From contig JBAXJX010000001.1 of the NCBI GenBank assembly GCA_037137655.1, forward strand, positions 225,188 to 289,187: a DNA stretch of 64,000 bases. Reading direction: 5' to 3'. Source of the DNA: Candidatus Falkowbacteria bacterium. Its GTDB lineage: Bacteria; Patescibacteriota; Patescibacteriia; Patescibacteriales; UBA12465. A program made the position numbers and the translations under genes. This document shows, piece by piece, positions 54,269-64,000 of the stretch. The first letter of the stretch is position 1, and every line of letters starts with the position of its first letter. The notes under the pieces were generated by a model. The model saw only the letters and a list, made by a program, of their open reading frames with translations. It did not search any database and was not told the origin of the DNA.

Positions 54269-54661
54269 ATGGAAGACAAAAAAATCGAAATTCCAGCTAA
54301 ATTCAAATCTTTAGTTGAAGAAATTGAAAAAATGAGTGTTTTAGACTTAGCTGAATTGGTAAAAGTTTTAGAAGAAAAATTTGGCGTTTCTGCGTCTGCT
54401 CCAGCTATGATGATGGCTGCTCCATCTGCAGCTGCTGAAGTTGAAGAGAAAACTTCTTTTGACGTTGAAATTACTGAAGCTGGTGCTAGCAAAATCAATG
54501 TTATTAAAGCTGTTCGTGAATTAACTGAATTAGGTTTGAAAGAAGCTAAAGATTTAGTTGACGCTGCTCCAAAATTGATTAAAGAAGGTATCAAAAAAGA
54601 AGAAGCTGAAGCTATCAAAAAGAAATTAGAAGAAGCTGGTGCTAAAGTAACTTTGAAATAA
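54269..54661 (+). CDS. rplL: ribosomal protein bL12 (L7/L12)
   Basis: Ala-rich hinge and C-terminal [24 protein letters not shown]. Confidence 0.95.
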   Translation: MEDKKIEIPAKFKSLVEEIEKMSVLDLAELVKVLEEKFGVSASAPAMMMAAPSAAAEVEEKTSFDVEITEAGASKINVIKAVRELTELGLKEAKDLVDAAPKLIKEGIKKEEAEAIKKKLEEAGAKVTLK

Positions 54662-54680
54662 TAATTTCAAGTCTCGAAAT

Positions 54681-54712
54681 AAAAAAACTCTTCCACTTTG
54701 GAAGAGTTTTTT
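54681..54712. terminator. bidirectional intrinsic terminator
   Basis: CTCTTCC-acttt-GGAAGAG with an A7 run upstream and a T6 run downstream. Lies between convergent rplL and ORF 54739..56913. Confidence 0.75.
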
Positions 54713-54738
54713 GTTTGTAAAAAAGAGGGAAGCACTAA

Positions 54739-56913
54739 TTATTTTAGGCTGGTTTCTAGCACTGAGTTGCCGTTTAAGAAATAGATGATGTTGGTTGTTT
54801 CATCAACGCTAAAGTCCTTAAGGTTGTTTAACTCATCGGATTGAAATTGTTTAACTAGTTTACCGTTCTTATCAAAGACAATCACGCGCTTGTTCTGTGG
54901 CTCCATGACGTAGATGTTCTTTAGAACTTTGACTTCGGTCGCGGCAGCAATAGCTGGGGTGACAGCGGCTAAATTAAGATTTTGTTGCTTGCTGTTATAA
55001 AATTTCTGGACGGTATTATTTTTAAGAAGGTAAACGCTACCAAGATCACTTCGGCTTTTATCTAATTCAATGGCAAAGCTATTAATATCCATGTTTTCAA
55101 TGCCAAGACTAAGGCGAGTTTCTGGTTTATCGTAAACGCCGTTTAAAAGAGAGAACTTAAGTACTTGGCGAGCAGTTTTTTCAAACATGTATAATTTGTC
55201 ATTATAAAGGCTGATGCCAGTTGGGTTTTTGTCTGCGCTTAAATTTAATGCGTTAAAACTTAGTTGATCATTTTTGGTGTTTAGAGTGGTGATTTGATTT
55301 TGATCGATATAATAAATTAAGTTATTCTTAACGACAATTGGATAATTGTTACCACTTTTTATTTTATCGGAAGTAATAACACCATTAACGCTATCGTTTA
55401 TATTTCGTTTAAAAATAGTCTTTTTATTGTTGGCACTGGCATAAAGTTTCTTAACTCCGCCATCGTTGACAATGGTGATATTATCAATAACTGCATCAGC
55501 ACTAAGCTCGGAAAAATTAATGGTATTTTTTAAGCTTAAGGGAATAATTTTTACCACGTGGTTGATTTGGTCTGATAAGGCTTGATATTTATTTATAAGT
55601 ACAGTGTAGTTATCAATATTTTTAATATCATCCGCATTTAAGCCGTCAATTATTGTTTTTAATTCACTTAAAACGCCGCCAGCTTCTTTCTCATTTTTAT
55701 ATAGTAAATAAGAATCAATTTGATTTTCTTTTTGTTCAATTGTTTCTTTTTGGGATTTAACTCTAATTTCGGTTGCGATTTGTTTGTTGCTGTGATTTTT
55801 AAATAATAAGCTACCAGCAAAAACAACAACTGCTAGAGTTAAAATAATTCCGGCAATTTTTAGAACTTGACGACGAGGAGAATGATCATTTAAAAATTCT
55901 TTGTCGATGCTTGTTGGGGTGATATTTTCAACCTTAGGTCGGTTAGCATTTTCGATTATTTTTTGACTAGTGGCGGAAATGGCATTTATAACTTTATTAT
56001 CTTTAATAATGTTTATAACGTTCTCCTTTATTTTTTCAGTATTAATGATTCCGCCGGAAGATAGTATGGCGGCTGTTTCTTTTTCGATGTTCTTTGGTTT
56101 TTTGTCCACTTCACTGATATAGGGAATTGCCGGAGCAACTTTAGCCTCACTTACAGTATTTAGCGTGTTAGTATTTTGACGTTCATCGGGATCTAGATCA
56201 CCGGCATTATTTTTTATAATAATTCCAAGAAAAGGTGCTTGTAGATTTAGGCTAAGCAAGGTGTTTTTAGCTTGTTCGGCGGCACCGGCCGGAGCTAGCT
56301 TGCTGATAACTTCAATAATCTCTTTGTTGAAGAGATATTCTGATAAGCTTTCGTTGGCAAAAATGAAATAAGATTTCGCTGGAATTTCGCCGGAGATAAT
56401 AGAGGAGAAAATTTTCTTTAAATTATAGTCATTGCCACCACCGTGCTCATCGCATTTTATGTTGATCATTTTATATTTACCGTCATTTTCGCGGTGCAGG
56501 AGCATGGGCTTGTTCTTACCGGTGTTAGAGAAGTGAATTTGATCTTCGTATATTATGCCGATGGTAATATTAACATCTTGAGGACGAATGGAGATTTTTT
56601 TGTTAATTAAAAAGTCAACTAAGTCGCTATTAGTTTTAACTAAAACTGTTTCAAAAATATTTTCAATTTTTAAATCTTCAATTCGGTCGCGGAGAGAGAG
56701 TTTTTCGTTTTCGTAGTAATTAATATTGGCGCGTTCCACAATAAAATTAGCCACGCTTTTGGCGTCGTTTTTTCTGGCTTCAATTTCAATGATAGCAAAT
56801 AATTTTCCAGCTAAACGTTCTTGTTCCAAGCTCGGTTCGGCTACGAAAATTAAGGCTTCGCCATTTATTTTTTTTTCAGCGTTAGCAACGATTGTTGCGA
56901 GTTTCATGGGCAT
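54739..56913 (-). CDS. hypothetical single-pass membrane protein (724 aa)
   Basis: Cytoplasmic N-domain of about 340 aa, one TM segment (ILTLAVVVFAGSLLF), and a beta-rich C-terminal ectodomain. No confident family call. Confidence 0.6.
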   Translation of the reverse strand: MPMKLATIVANAEKKINGEALIFVAEPSLEQERLAGKLFAIIEIEARKNDAKSVANFIVERANINYYENEKLSLRDRIEDLKIENIFETVLVKTNSDLVDFLINKKISIRPQDVNITIGIIYEDQIHFSNTGKNKPMLLHRENDGKYKMINIKCDEHGGGNDYNLKKIFSSIISGEIPAKSYFIFANESLSEYLFNKEIIEVISKLAPAGAAEQAKNTLLSLNLQAPFLGIIIKNNAGDLDPDERQNTNTLNTVSEAKVAPAIPYISEVDKKPKNIEKETAAILSSGGIINTEKIKENVINIIKDNKVINAISATSQKIIENANRPKVENITPTSIDKEFLNDHSPRRQVLKIAGIILTLAVVVFAGSLLFKNHSNKQIATEIRVKSQKETIEQKENQIDSYLLYKNEKEAGGVLSELKTIIDGLNADDIKNIDNYTVLINKYQALSDQINHVVKIIPLSLKNTINFSELSADAVIDNITIVNDGGVKKLYASANNKKTIFKRNINDSVNGVITSDKIKSGNNYPIVVKNNLIYYIDQNQITTLNTKNDQLSFNALNLSADKNPTGISLYNDKLYMFEKTARQVLKFSLLNGVYDKPETRLSLGIENMDINSFAIELDKSRSDLGSVYLLKNNTVQKFYNSKQQNLNLAAVTPAIAAATEVKVLKNIYVMEPQNKRVIVFDKNGKLVKQFQSDELNNLKDFSVDETTNIIYFLNGNSVLETSLK

Positions 56914-56943
56914 AGTAAAATACCTTGTTTTTTTGTATACAAT

Positions 56944-56973
56944 ATTATATCATAGTAGTATACACTTGTATAA
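56944..56973 (-). promoter_or_regulatory. candidate promoter for ORF 54739..56913
   Basis: Minus strand reads TTATAC-N18-TGaTATAAT. It overlaps plus-strand TTGTAT-N17-TAGTAT and TTGTAT-N17-TAATTT candidates. Confidence 0.4.
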
Positions 56974-57024
56974 AAAAAGTATAGCACATAATTTTTAAAC
57001 AGTAAATTATTTTTGCTGAAATAT

Positions 57025-57678
57025 ATGTTAGATGTTTTCTTTGGTTCTAAAGCTCGCGTTAAATTATTAAAATTATTTTTCCTTAATCCGGACGAGAGTT
57101 ATTACTTGCGTCAAATCGCGCGCGATCTTGATTTGCAAGTTAACTCGGTGCGGCGTGAGCTTAAAAGTTTAGAGTCTTTTGGCGTGCTAGTTTCCGATGC
57201 TGTTGCGCCAACTTCTAAATCTGGAACTTTAAGTTCTGATGACGCTAAAACGACTACGTCCAAGACTAGTCGTGAGAAGCATTATTACCGCGCGAATAAG
57301 AATTTTATTTTATTTCCAGAAATCAGATCATTTATTTTAAAATCACAAATTTTAGCGGGAGAGAATTTTGTTAAAGAATTGCGTGAAGTTTGCGAGCCGG
57401 AGTTATTGTTCCTAACTGGAGTTTTTGTTGGCGATCCTAGCATTGCGACTGATGTTATGTTAGTAGCTGATGTTAAAAAAACGCAAATAGTTAAATTGAT
57501 TAAAAATTTAGAACAGGAGATCGGCCGAGAGATTAATTACACAGTTATGGATCCTAAGGAGTTTACTTATCGCCGAGAGATTGCTGATGTTTTTGTTCAT
57601 AGAATTTTGGTAGCTGAAAAGATTGTTCTGCTAAACCCAAATAATTTCATTTTTCCTCAAATAAAAGATAAAGCCTAA
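57025..57678 (+). CDS. winged-helix (ArsR-like) transcriptional regulator with C-terminal domain
   Basis: KARVKLLKLFFLNPDESYYLRQIARDLDLQVNSVRRELKSLESFGVL is a typical wHTH. ATG at 57025 preferred. Confidence 0.6.
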   Translation: MLDVFFGSKARVKLLKLFFLNPDESYYLRQIARDLDLQVNSVRRELKSLESFGVLVSDAVAPTSKSGTLSSDDAKTTTSKTSREKHYYRANKNFILFPEIRSFILKSQILAGENFVKELREVCEPELLFLTGVFVGDPSIATDVMLVADVKKTQIVKLIKNLEQEIGREINYTVMDPKEFTYRREIADVFVHRILVAEKIVLLNPNNFIFPQIKDKA

Positions 57679-57682
57679 ATTT

Positions 57683-59560
57683 ATGCTTAAATTTTTAAAA
57701 TACTCCTTGCTCATCCTGATATCTGTGGTGTTAATTTTTGTTTTGTCCAACCTCTTTTATTTTAACAGTTTCCGCTTGATTTACTCCAATGGCATAAAGG
57801 CTAAAAACCTTTTAAATTCAGCCGTGACCTCAGCGACGGATAATAATTTTGCGGCCGCTGTTTTAAATGCCAATGAAGCTGATGCCGATCTAAAGATTGC
57901 ATTAACAGGGCTTGATAAAATTTCTCAGAGTTTTTTATATAAACATGTTGCTATTTTAAATGACCAATTGTCAGAAGTTAAATATTTACTGTCGACAGCT
58001 GATATTCTTAGTCGGTCATTATCTCAGGGTGGCGCTGTTGCGCAAAAATTAAATGACGCTGTTTCCGGTAAGGGTGGTGTTGGTTTTTTTGATATGAGTT
58101 CGGAGCAAAAAAAAGTAGTTCTGCAATTAATCTACGAATCATTACCGGAATTGAACGGGGTTAAGGCTAATCTTGATTTGGCGCTTTTGAATTTAAATAA
58201 GGTGTCGGGCAATGGTGTTTTAACACCGTTTAAGGGACAAATTGTAGTCGCCCGGGATCAATTGCAAACTGGCGTAGCAGTAGCTAGTAAGGCAATTATA
58301 GCCGCTCAAATTTTACCAGGACTTATTGGTTATCCATCTCCATCTAATTATCTAGTCCTTTTGCAAAATAATAGTGAGTTACGTCCAACTGGCGGATTTT
58401 TAGGAACAGTTGGTAATTTTGAAATTTCTTTGGGTGATATTGCTAAATTTAAAACTGACGATTCTTATCATTTAGATATGCCGGCTAGTTTGGATAAAAA
58501 TTTTAAAGTTACACCACCATGGCAATTACAAAAATATTTAAATGTTGACAGGTGGTATATGCGTGATGCTAATTGGTCACCTGATTGGCCAGAGAGTGCC
58601 CAAAAAATTGAATGGTTCTACCGAGCGGAAGCTAAATATAATAATGATCAAGAAATAAAAAATGTTCCAGCTAAGTTTACTGGCATCGTAGCCATTACTC
58701 CAAGTTTGGTGACAGATTTATTGGCCTTAGTTGGTCCGGTTTCGGCTGGCGGCAAGGAATATAATAAAGATAATTTTGTTGATCTCTTGCAAGCTGAGGT
58801 GGAAATAAATTATGTGGCCAAAGGTGTTTCACAATGGGATCGGAAAAAAGTGATTGCCGATATTTTATCGGAGTTAAAAAAACGTTTGTTTAATTTACCG
58901 AAAGATCGTTACTCTGACCTTTTTAATATTGTTACTGACAATGTGAAACGAAAAAATATTTTAGTTTATTTTAACGATGCTCAGCTAAATACGCTAAGTA
59001 GTGGTCTTGGTTGGGGTGGTGAAATTAAAAACACGCCAGCTGATTATTTGATGGTGGTGGATGCTAATTTGGCAGCCTACAAAACTGATCGCGTCATGGA
59101 TAAGACAATTAATTATACGGTTACGGAAAAAGCGGATGGTTTATATGCTTCACTTAAATTGGATTATGATCATAACGGCAGTTTTGATTGGAAAACTACA
59201 ACCTATCGCAATTATGTGCGCGTTTATGTTCCGAGCGGCGCAAAATTAATAAGTAGTAGTGGTTTTGCGGCTAATGCTATTGAAAGTCAAGATGAAACAT
59301 TTACTTTTGCCAATGCTAAAAAAACTTATTTTGGCGGATTTTTATCGGTAGAACCGGGTCATAGCGCTAGTCTAAGTTTGGAATATAAATTGCCTGATTA
59401 CATTAAGGATTATATGGCAAAGGGAACTTACGATTTGTATGTGCAAAAACAACCAGGCAATAAAACTAAAGTTCTAAATGTTAACATGGAATTAAATAAA
59501 AAATCGGCCAGTTATACGAATACGCTAACAAGTGATGCTAAATTTAATTTACAGTTTTAG
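57683..59560 (+). CDS. DUF4012-domain membrane-anchored protein
   Basis: N-terminal TM segment and the LLQNNSELRPTGGFLGTVG block characteristic of DUF4012. Confidence 0.7.
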   Translation: MLKFLKYSLLILISVVLIFVLSNLFYFNSFRLIYSNGIKAKNLLNSAVTSATDNNFAAAVLNANEADADLKIALTGLDKISQSFLYKHVAILNDQLSEVKYLLSTADILSRSLSQGGAVAQKLNDAVSGKGGVGFFDMSSEQKKVVLQLIYESLPELNGVKANLDLALLNLNKVSGNGVLTPFKGQIVVARDQLQTGVAVASKAIIAAQILPGLIGYPSPSNYLVLLQNNSELRPTGGFLGTVGNFEISLGDIAKFKTDDSYHLDMPASLDKNFKVTPPWQLQKYLNVDRWYMRDANWSPDWPESAQKIEWFYRAEAKYNNDQEIKNVPAKFTGIVAITPSLVTDLLALVGPVSAGGKEYNKDNFVDLLQAEVEINYVAKGVSQWDRKKVIADILSELKKRLFNLPKDRYSDLFNIVTDNVKRKNILVYFNDAQLNTLSSGLGWGGEIKNTPADYLMVVDANLAAYKTDRVMDKTINYTVTEKADGLYASLKLDYDHNGSFDWKTTTYRNYVRVYVPSGAKLISSSGFAANAIESQDETFTFANAKKTYFGGFLSVEPGHSASLSLEYKLPDYIKDYMAKGTYDLYVQKQPGNKTKVLNVNMELNKKSASYTNTLTSDAKFNLQF

Positions 59561-59562
59561 TT

Positions 59563-60942
59563 ATGTTTAAATTTAAAAATGACAATCTTTTGTTTTTATC
59601 ATTTGGCGCTTTATTGCTGTTGCTGTCTTTGATTTTGGTCCAAAGTTATTTACCGCAAATAATAATCATCGCTATTGTAATGGCCTTGATTGCTATATTT
59701 TATGTTAAGCCGGAAGTAGGAATGTACTTAACGGCGATATTTCTTCCAGTCTCAGAATGGCTTTTTTCGATTGGTAATTTTTCTGCCGCCTTAATTGAGT
59801 TTTTATTTTTATTGGTTTTAATAGCTTATTCTGTAAAACTTTTAGATCCGCACAAATTAAAGTCCGTAAAATGGCCGGCGATCGGCGCTTTTCTTTTATT
59901 TTTTTCTGCCAGTATTTTGTCGGCGCTTTTTTCCAAAACTATCAGTGCTTCTTTGTGGTTTAGTGTGCGGTGGTTTTTATTTTTATATTTAGCTTATATA
60001 TTTTTACCGTTTAACTTGATTAATAATTCTAAGATTTTGCGCCGGGTCATAATATTTTTGTCATTATCCGGACTCTTAGTGGCTCTAATGGGTTTGTGGT
60101 CGTTGATTCAACAGGATTGGTCAAGTAGTATTTTTTATGCGAAACCGTTAGCAATTTTCGGTGTTTACCCGATCGGTGATAATCATAATTCGATGGCGGA
60201 AATTTTAGTGCTTAGCTCATTTTTAATTTTATCTTTGAAATATTGGTTCACCGGACTTCGGGTTGGTCGGATTATTGATATTTTATTTTTATTTTTCGTG
60301 CTAATTGCTCTCGCAACCTTGTCACGCACGGCCTGGATTGTTATTTTTTTGCAAGTAGCTTTTTATTTTGGTTATGATTTTTTTGTTGTTAAAAAGCGTC
60401 GCCTCGATTTGCGTTACACGTTAATAACTATAATTTTTTTACTGACAATATCATTGCCATTTGTTAATCGTATATCTAACATGGAAATAAATCAGGGCTC
60501 AACCGCCAGCCGTTTGTTGATGACGGAAATTGCCATTAAAGCTTTTTGGGCACATCCAATATTGGGCACTGGCCCAGGTTCATATGTTAGCTTGGTAGCT
60601 AATAATATTCGCTTTACGGCTAATTACGGTGACCCACTCGATTCTCATGGTCTCGGACAAAAAGTACTAGCTGAGCTTGGCGGTCTTGGGGTGATAACCT
60701 TTGCCTTTTTCTGTTTATTTATTTTTGTTAAATTTTTTAGAGCTCTAAGAAAATACCCGCGCCAAGTAAAATTACTTTTGCCGCTTATCACCAGTTCTTT
60801 AGGCATCTTCTTGTTTCAGTTTTTTAGTACATCATATTACAAAGGCCGAGTTTGGTTTCCAATTGCTTTAACGTTAATCACTATAAAATTAATTGAAGAA
60901 AAACATGAACAACACCGCCTCGCGAAAATCGCAAAAAATTAA
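59563..60942 (+). CDS. O-antigen ligase/polymerase-like membrane protein (Wzy_C family)
   Basis: About 12 TM segments, with LATLSRTAWIVIFLQ in a position typical of the Wzy_C/O-antigen ligase loop. Confidence 0.65.
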   Translation: MFKFKNDNLLFLSFGALLLLLSLILVQSYLPQIIIIAIVMALIAIFYVKPEVGMYLTAIFLPVSEWLFSIGNFSAALIEFLFLLVLIAYSVKLLDPHKLKSVKWPAIGAFLLFFSASILSALFSKTISASLWFSVRWFLFLYLAYIFLPFNLINNSKILRRVIIFLSLSGLLVALMGLWSLIQQDWSSSIFYAKPLAIFGVYPIGDNHNSMAEILVLSSFLILSLKYWFTGLRVGRIIDILFLFFVLIALATLSRTAWIVIFLQVAFYFGYDFFVVKKRRLDLRYTLITIIFLLTISLPFVNRISNMEINQGSTASRLLMTEIAIKAFWAHPILGTGPGSYVSLVANNIRFTANYGDPLDSHGLGQKVLAELGGLGVITFAFFCLFIFVKFFRALRKYPRQVKLLLPLITSSLGIFLFQFFSTSYYKGRVWFPIALTLITIKLIEEKHEQHRLAKIAKN

Positions 60943-62020
60943 AATTATTTTTGTTGCGCCATCGCTTGATGCTGGTGGAGCCGAGAAATTTTTAGTTGAT
61001 TTGCTAAGCAATCTAAATACAGAAGAATTCGATTTTAAATTAGTTTTGTTCGGCCATGCTGGGTTTTTTTTGGATGAGCTAAAATCTCGCGGTGTTGAAG
61101 TTGAAGTTCTGCAAAAGAAATTTAAGATAGACGTCGTAAATTTTTGTCGCTTGTATAGCTTCATAAGAAAAAATCGTCCTGATATCGTTCATACACAATT
61201 GGGTGGTGATGTTTATGGTCGCTTAATAGCTAAACTTTTAGGTGTTAAAATAATTGTTTCCACGGAAGTTGGCATTAATGTGAACGAAGGTTTTTTAATG
61301 CACTTGATTAAGATTTGGACAGCGCGCTTTGCTACAAAAATTATAGCTGTCTCCGAGGCGGTACGACGTGATGTAGCGCAAAGATATTTAGTATCCCTTC
61401 GTCGCGTGGAGCTTATTTATAATGGATTAGATGTGGCCCGTTTTTCTGGTTTTAAGAAAGCGCCGCGAGCTAGTGATAGAATTATTTTTGGCGGCTTAGG
61501 ACGCTTGTCTCCGGAAAAAAATTGGCCAACCCTAATCCGAGCCTTAGCTTTGATGAAGAATAAAAATGTTGATTGTATAATTGGTGGCGCTGGTGAGATG
61601 CGAACTGAATTAGAATTTATGGCTGATGATTTGGGTGTGAAAAAGCGGATTAAGTTTTTAGGATTAGTGAAGGATGTACCGGAATTTATGGCTGGTTTAG
61701 ATTTTTTTGTTTTACCATCGACCCGTGAAGCTTTTGGTATTGTTTTGATTGAAGCTGGCATGTTTTCGCTGCCGGTGCTTGCGGCGGCGGTTGGTGGCGT
61801 TACGGAGATTATTGATAATAATAAGACCGGTTTTTTATTTAATCCACGTAGTACGGCTGATTTAGCGGAGAAGTTGGATTATATGGCTGAGAATATTGAT
61901 AATCCGGTTGTGAAAAAGATGGGTGCGGATTTACATGATTTTGTACAGAAAAATTTTGATATAAAAATTATTACAGCTAAATATGAAAAGTTGTACAAAG
62001 ACCTATATAATAAAAAGTAA
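60905..62020 (+). CDS. glycosyltransferase family 4
   Basis: REAFGIVLIEAGMFSLPVLAAAVGGVTEII. ATG at 60905 preferred. Confidence 0.85.
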   Translation: MNNTASRKSQKIKIIFVAPSLDAGGAEKFLVDLLSNLNTEEFDFKLVLFGHAGFFLDELKSRGVEVEVLQKKFKIDVVNFCRLYSFIRKNRPDIVHTQLGGDVYGRLIAKLLGVKIIVSTEVGINVNEGFLMHLIKIWTARFATKIIAVSEAVRRDVAQRYLVSLRRVELIYNGLDVARFSGFKKAPRASDRIIFGGLGRLSPEKNWPTLIRALALMKNKNVDCIIGGAGEMRTELEFMADDLGVKKRIKFLGLVKDVPEFMAGLDFFVLPSTREAFGIVLIEAGMFSLPVLAAAVGGVTEIIDNNKTGFLFNPRSTADLAEKLDYMAENIDNPVVKKMGADLHDFVQKNFDIKIITAKYEKLYKDLYNKK

Positions 62021-62023
62021 ATT

Positions 62024-63250
62024 ATGAAAATACTTCAGGTTAATAAATTTAATTATTTACGGGGCGGGGCAGAGCGCTATTTTTTGGAAATTAGTCGCCG
62101 CTTAGTTGAAACTGGTCACGAGGTAGCGGTTTTCTCCATGCATCATCCGAAAAATTGGACTGGTCATTGGAATAAATATTTTGTTTCACGCATCAGTTTT
62201 AATGAAGCAAAACTCCGTGATCGTTTTTTGGCGCCGGGACGCATAATTTATAGCTTGGAAGCAAAAAGAAAATTTACTAAGTTGGTGCAGGATTTTCGTC
62301 CGGATATCATTCATATTCATAACATCTATCATCAGATTTCACCTTCAATTTTGGATGTGGCTAAGGAATATAAAATTCCGGTGGTAATGCATGTGCATGA
62401 CTATAAGCTGGTTTGTCCAAACTACAAATTGTATACCGAGGGTCAGGTTTGCTACCGTTGTCTAGGAAAAAAATATTGCCAAGCAACAATGCATAAATGT
62501 TTCCGTGGTTCGTTTTTAGCTAGTTTATTGGTGAGTGTTGAAATGTATATTCATCATAAGTTGCTAAAAATTTATGAAAATAATGTTAGTCATTATATTG
62601 CGCCGAGTGAATTTATGGCCGGGACTTTAAATAATTTTTCTTACCCGATAAATAACTTATCAATTTTGTATAATTTTATTGATGCGAAGTTTTTTAATAC
62701 TAAAATTAATTTTTCTCCGGAAGAATATTTATTGTATTATGGTCGCCTCTCAGATGAAAAAGGTATTTTTACTTTGATCGGTGCTATGGACCGGATTGAG
62801 AATAAAAAATTAAAATTACTCATTGTGGGTGATGGCCCGGCACTAGGCAAATTAAAAAAAGAATCCTGGGCTCTTAATTTGGGGAAGCGCGTGGAATTTG
62901 TGGGCGCTAAATATGGCGATGAATTAAATGATTTAATTAGTCGCGCTAAGGCGGTAGTAATTCCATCGGTGTGGCTAGAGAATATGCCGTTTGTGCTGCT
63001 AGAATCATTAGCTTTAGGCAAGGTGGTTATTGCTTCTAATATTGGTGGTATGCCGGAAATTATTACTGATAATAAAAATGGCTTTTTATTTAAGCCGGGT
63101 GATGAACGTGATTTGGCTAAGAAGATTGATAATCTGGATAAAGTCGATTTAAAAAATATTGCCGAGAGTGCCCGACATAGTGTTTCAGCCCTAACATTGG
63201 ACAACCACTTAGCTGAATTGTTACTTGTTTACAATAATTTGATTAAATAA
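62024..63250 (+). CDS. glycosyltransferase family 4
   Basis: ENMPFVLLESLALGKVVIASNIGGMPEII. Confidence 0.85.
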   Translation: MKILQVNKFNYLRGGAERYFLEISRRLVETGHEVAVFSMHHPKNWTGHWNKYFVSRISFNEAKLRDRFLAPGRIIYSLEAKRKFTKLVQDFRPDIIHIHNIYHQISPSILDVAKEYKIPVVMHVHDYKLVCPNYKLYTEGQVCYRCLGKKYCQATMHKCFRGSFLASLLVSVEMYIHHKLLKIYENNVSHYIAPSEFMAGTLNNFSYPINNLSILYNFIDAKFFNTKINFSPEEYLLYYGRLSDEKGIFTLIGAMDRIENKKLKLLIVGDGPALGKLKKESWALNLGKRVEFVGAKYGDELNDLISRAKAVVIPSVWLENMPFVLLESLALGKVVIASNIGGMPEIITDNKNGFLFKPGDERDLAKKIDNLDKVDLKNIAESARHSVSALTLDNHLAELLLVYNNLIK

Positions 63251-63345
63251 GTTCTTGTTTGACGATTTTGACATTAATCTTTGCTGGTGTTAGCATAATA
63301 AAAGTTCATATAAAATTTAATTAAAAGAAAGAAAGGAGATTTGCT

Positions 63346-63894
63346 ATGGGGCATTATGTTGTTATTATTATTCTTTGTGCTTTAGGAGTATTATTTTTTC
63401 TAAGTGGCTTAATTAATTTTAATTTAAAACAGGAACCAATTCTTGATATTGACCTGGAAATTAATTACGGTAAAAGTGTGCGCGATTACGTTGACATTGG
63501 TAATTTTGCTAAAATTAACGAGCACTTGCATCGGTATGCACTGGGTGATATCTGGATTCCATTTTGGCAACCAGAAAACTCAACCAGCCAAGCCATTCGC
63601 TTAAAAGCGGCTTTGTTTCCGCTCGACAGTGAGATTGCAGTTATAAACAATCATTGCTTAGAGCTTGGTTATCGCCTGGCTACAAACAGTGAAACATTGG
63701 TTTTTGTGGTTACCCACAATAATTTATGTAGTGACAAACAAATTTTTTGTCCGACAATTTTTGAAAGCTTTGGTACTAATTATCTCATGGTTTTTGACTT
63801 TAATGTGTTCGGGGAAAGGGAAGCTAGTTTGTATTTAGCTGAAAGACATCCTCGTGCCAAGAACAACTTTGTTTTAATGGTAAAAAATCCTTAA
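63346..63894 (+). CDS. hypothetical protein with N-terminal TM anchor
   Basis: 182-aa ORF preceded by a strong AGGAG Shine-Dalgarno sequence (gaaaggagatttgctATG) and followed by a terminator. Confidence 0.55.
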   Translation: MGHYVVIIILCALGVLFFLSGLINFNLKQEPILDIDLEINYGKSVRDYVDIGNFAKINEHLHRYALGDIWIPFWQPENSTSQAIRLKAALFPLDSEIAVINNHCLELGYRLATNSETLVFVVTHNNLCSDKQIFCPTIFESFGTNYLMVFDFNVFGEREASLYLAERHPRAKNNFVLMVKNP

Positions 63895-63902
63895 GTCTGG
63901 TG

Positions 63903-63934
63903 GTCCTGTTTTTTAAATAAAACAGGGCTTTTTT
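63903..63934 (+). terminator. intrinsic terminator
   Basis: CCTGTTTT-ttaaat-AAAACAGG followed by GCTTTTTT. Confidence 0.7.
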
Positions 63935-63944
63935 ATTTGTCTTA

Positions 63945-63973
63945 TTGACAAATATCTTTAATTATGATATCAT
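63945..63973 (+). promoter_or_regulatory. sigma70-type promoter at the window edge
   Basis: TTGACA (63945-63950)-N17-TGaTATCAT (-10 at 63968-63973). An ATG follows at 63981. Confidence 0.5.
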
Positions 63974-63980
63974 AGTAATC

Positions 63981-64000
63981 ATGTCCTTGTGGCATAAACG
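63981..64000 (+). CDS. possible start of a 3'-truncated gene (MSLWHK..)
   Basis: ATG 7 nt after the -10 element. Only 20 nt are visible. Confidence 0.2.

Noticed and set aside
54175-54618. Antisense ORFs inside highly conserved genes (this one opposite rplL; likewise 26021..26221, 53844..54089, 8873..9055, 9608..9805, 16332..16625, 15766..16092, 11259..11700 and others)
   Set aside because: These are low-complexity translations opposite strongly supported genes, the typical by-product of six-frame translation in AT-rich DNA.
63346-63894. Possible second DGR target, based on vague C-terminal resemblance (FD..A.YL) to the VR protein
   Set aside because: No nucleotide similarity to the TR (for example no gctgcgtacttgcat or gttttcgttccggcaac) and the protein similarity is too weak. 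I saw no other TR-like stretch in the window.

Overview
AT-rich, very gene-dense bacterial window using the standard code (TGA is a stop, e.g. the ATGA stop/start overlap at 13024-13027). Short housekeeping proteins, a half-length TsaB, a DUF4012 protein, many GT4/GT2 genes with huge polytopic membrane proteins, and secreted proteins sharing a ~50-aa module suggest a Patescibacteria/CPR-like (Parcubacteria-type) organism; this is inference only. I recognised no rRNA, tRNA, CRISPR array or transposase. Housekeeping genes: SEDS rodA/ftsW, bL25, prmC-prfA-rpmE, hisS, rnhB, cysS, dus, rpsB-tsf, PSP1/RicT-like, mreB, rplJ-rplL with an L10-leader-like attenuator, and mscL. Nucleotide-sugar genes: rfbB, rfbD, two tandem short nucleotidyltransferase paralogs, gmd, fcl and a UXS-like decarboxylase. 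Two envelope-glycan blocks sit at 28.8-49.1 kb and 57.0-63.3 kb. The main accessory system is a complete diversity-generating retroelement (DGR) at 22.5-25.1 kb. Its 116-nt TR/VR pair differs at 16 positions, 15 of them TR adenines. It has a DGR-type RT, and an Avd-like gene on the opposite strand that fills the whole TR-to-RT interval, which is not the textbook layout. The second notable signal is a conserved, structured ~85-nt block fused to a distinctive TTGACTTTTTG..GTGNTACAAT promoter. It sits upstream of two unrelated orphan genes (5.6-5.9 kb inverted, 12.2-12.4 kb direct), a partial copy forms a long inverted repeat, and a third copy of the promoter drives the DGR target gene. A 670-nt ORF-free gap (11.77-12.43 kb) precedes the second copy. 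Smaller observations: a REP-like hairpin 9-10 nt upstream of two start codons with compensatory stem changes, two leaderless-type promoters, and a GGTTAY coding microsatellite. All coordinates, alignments and counts were made by eye and need computational confirmation.
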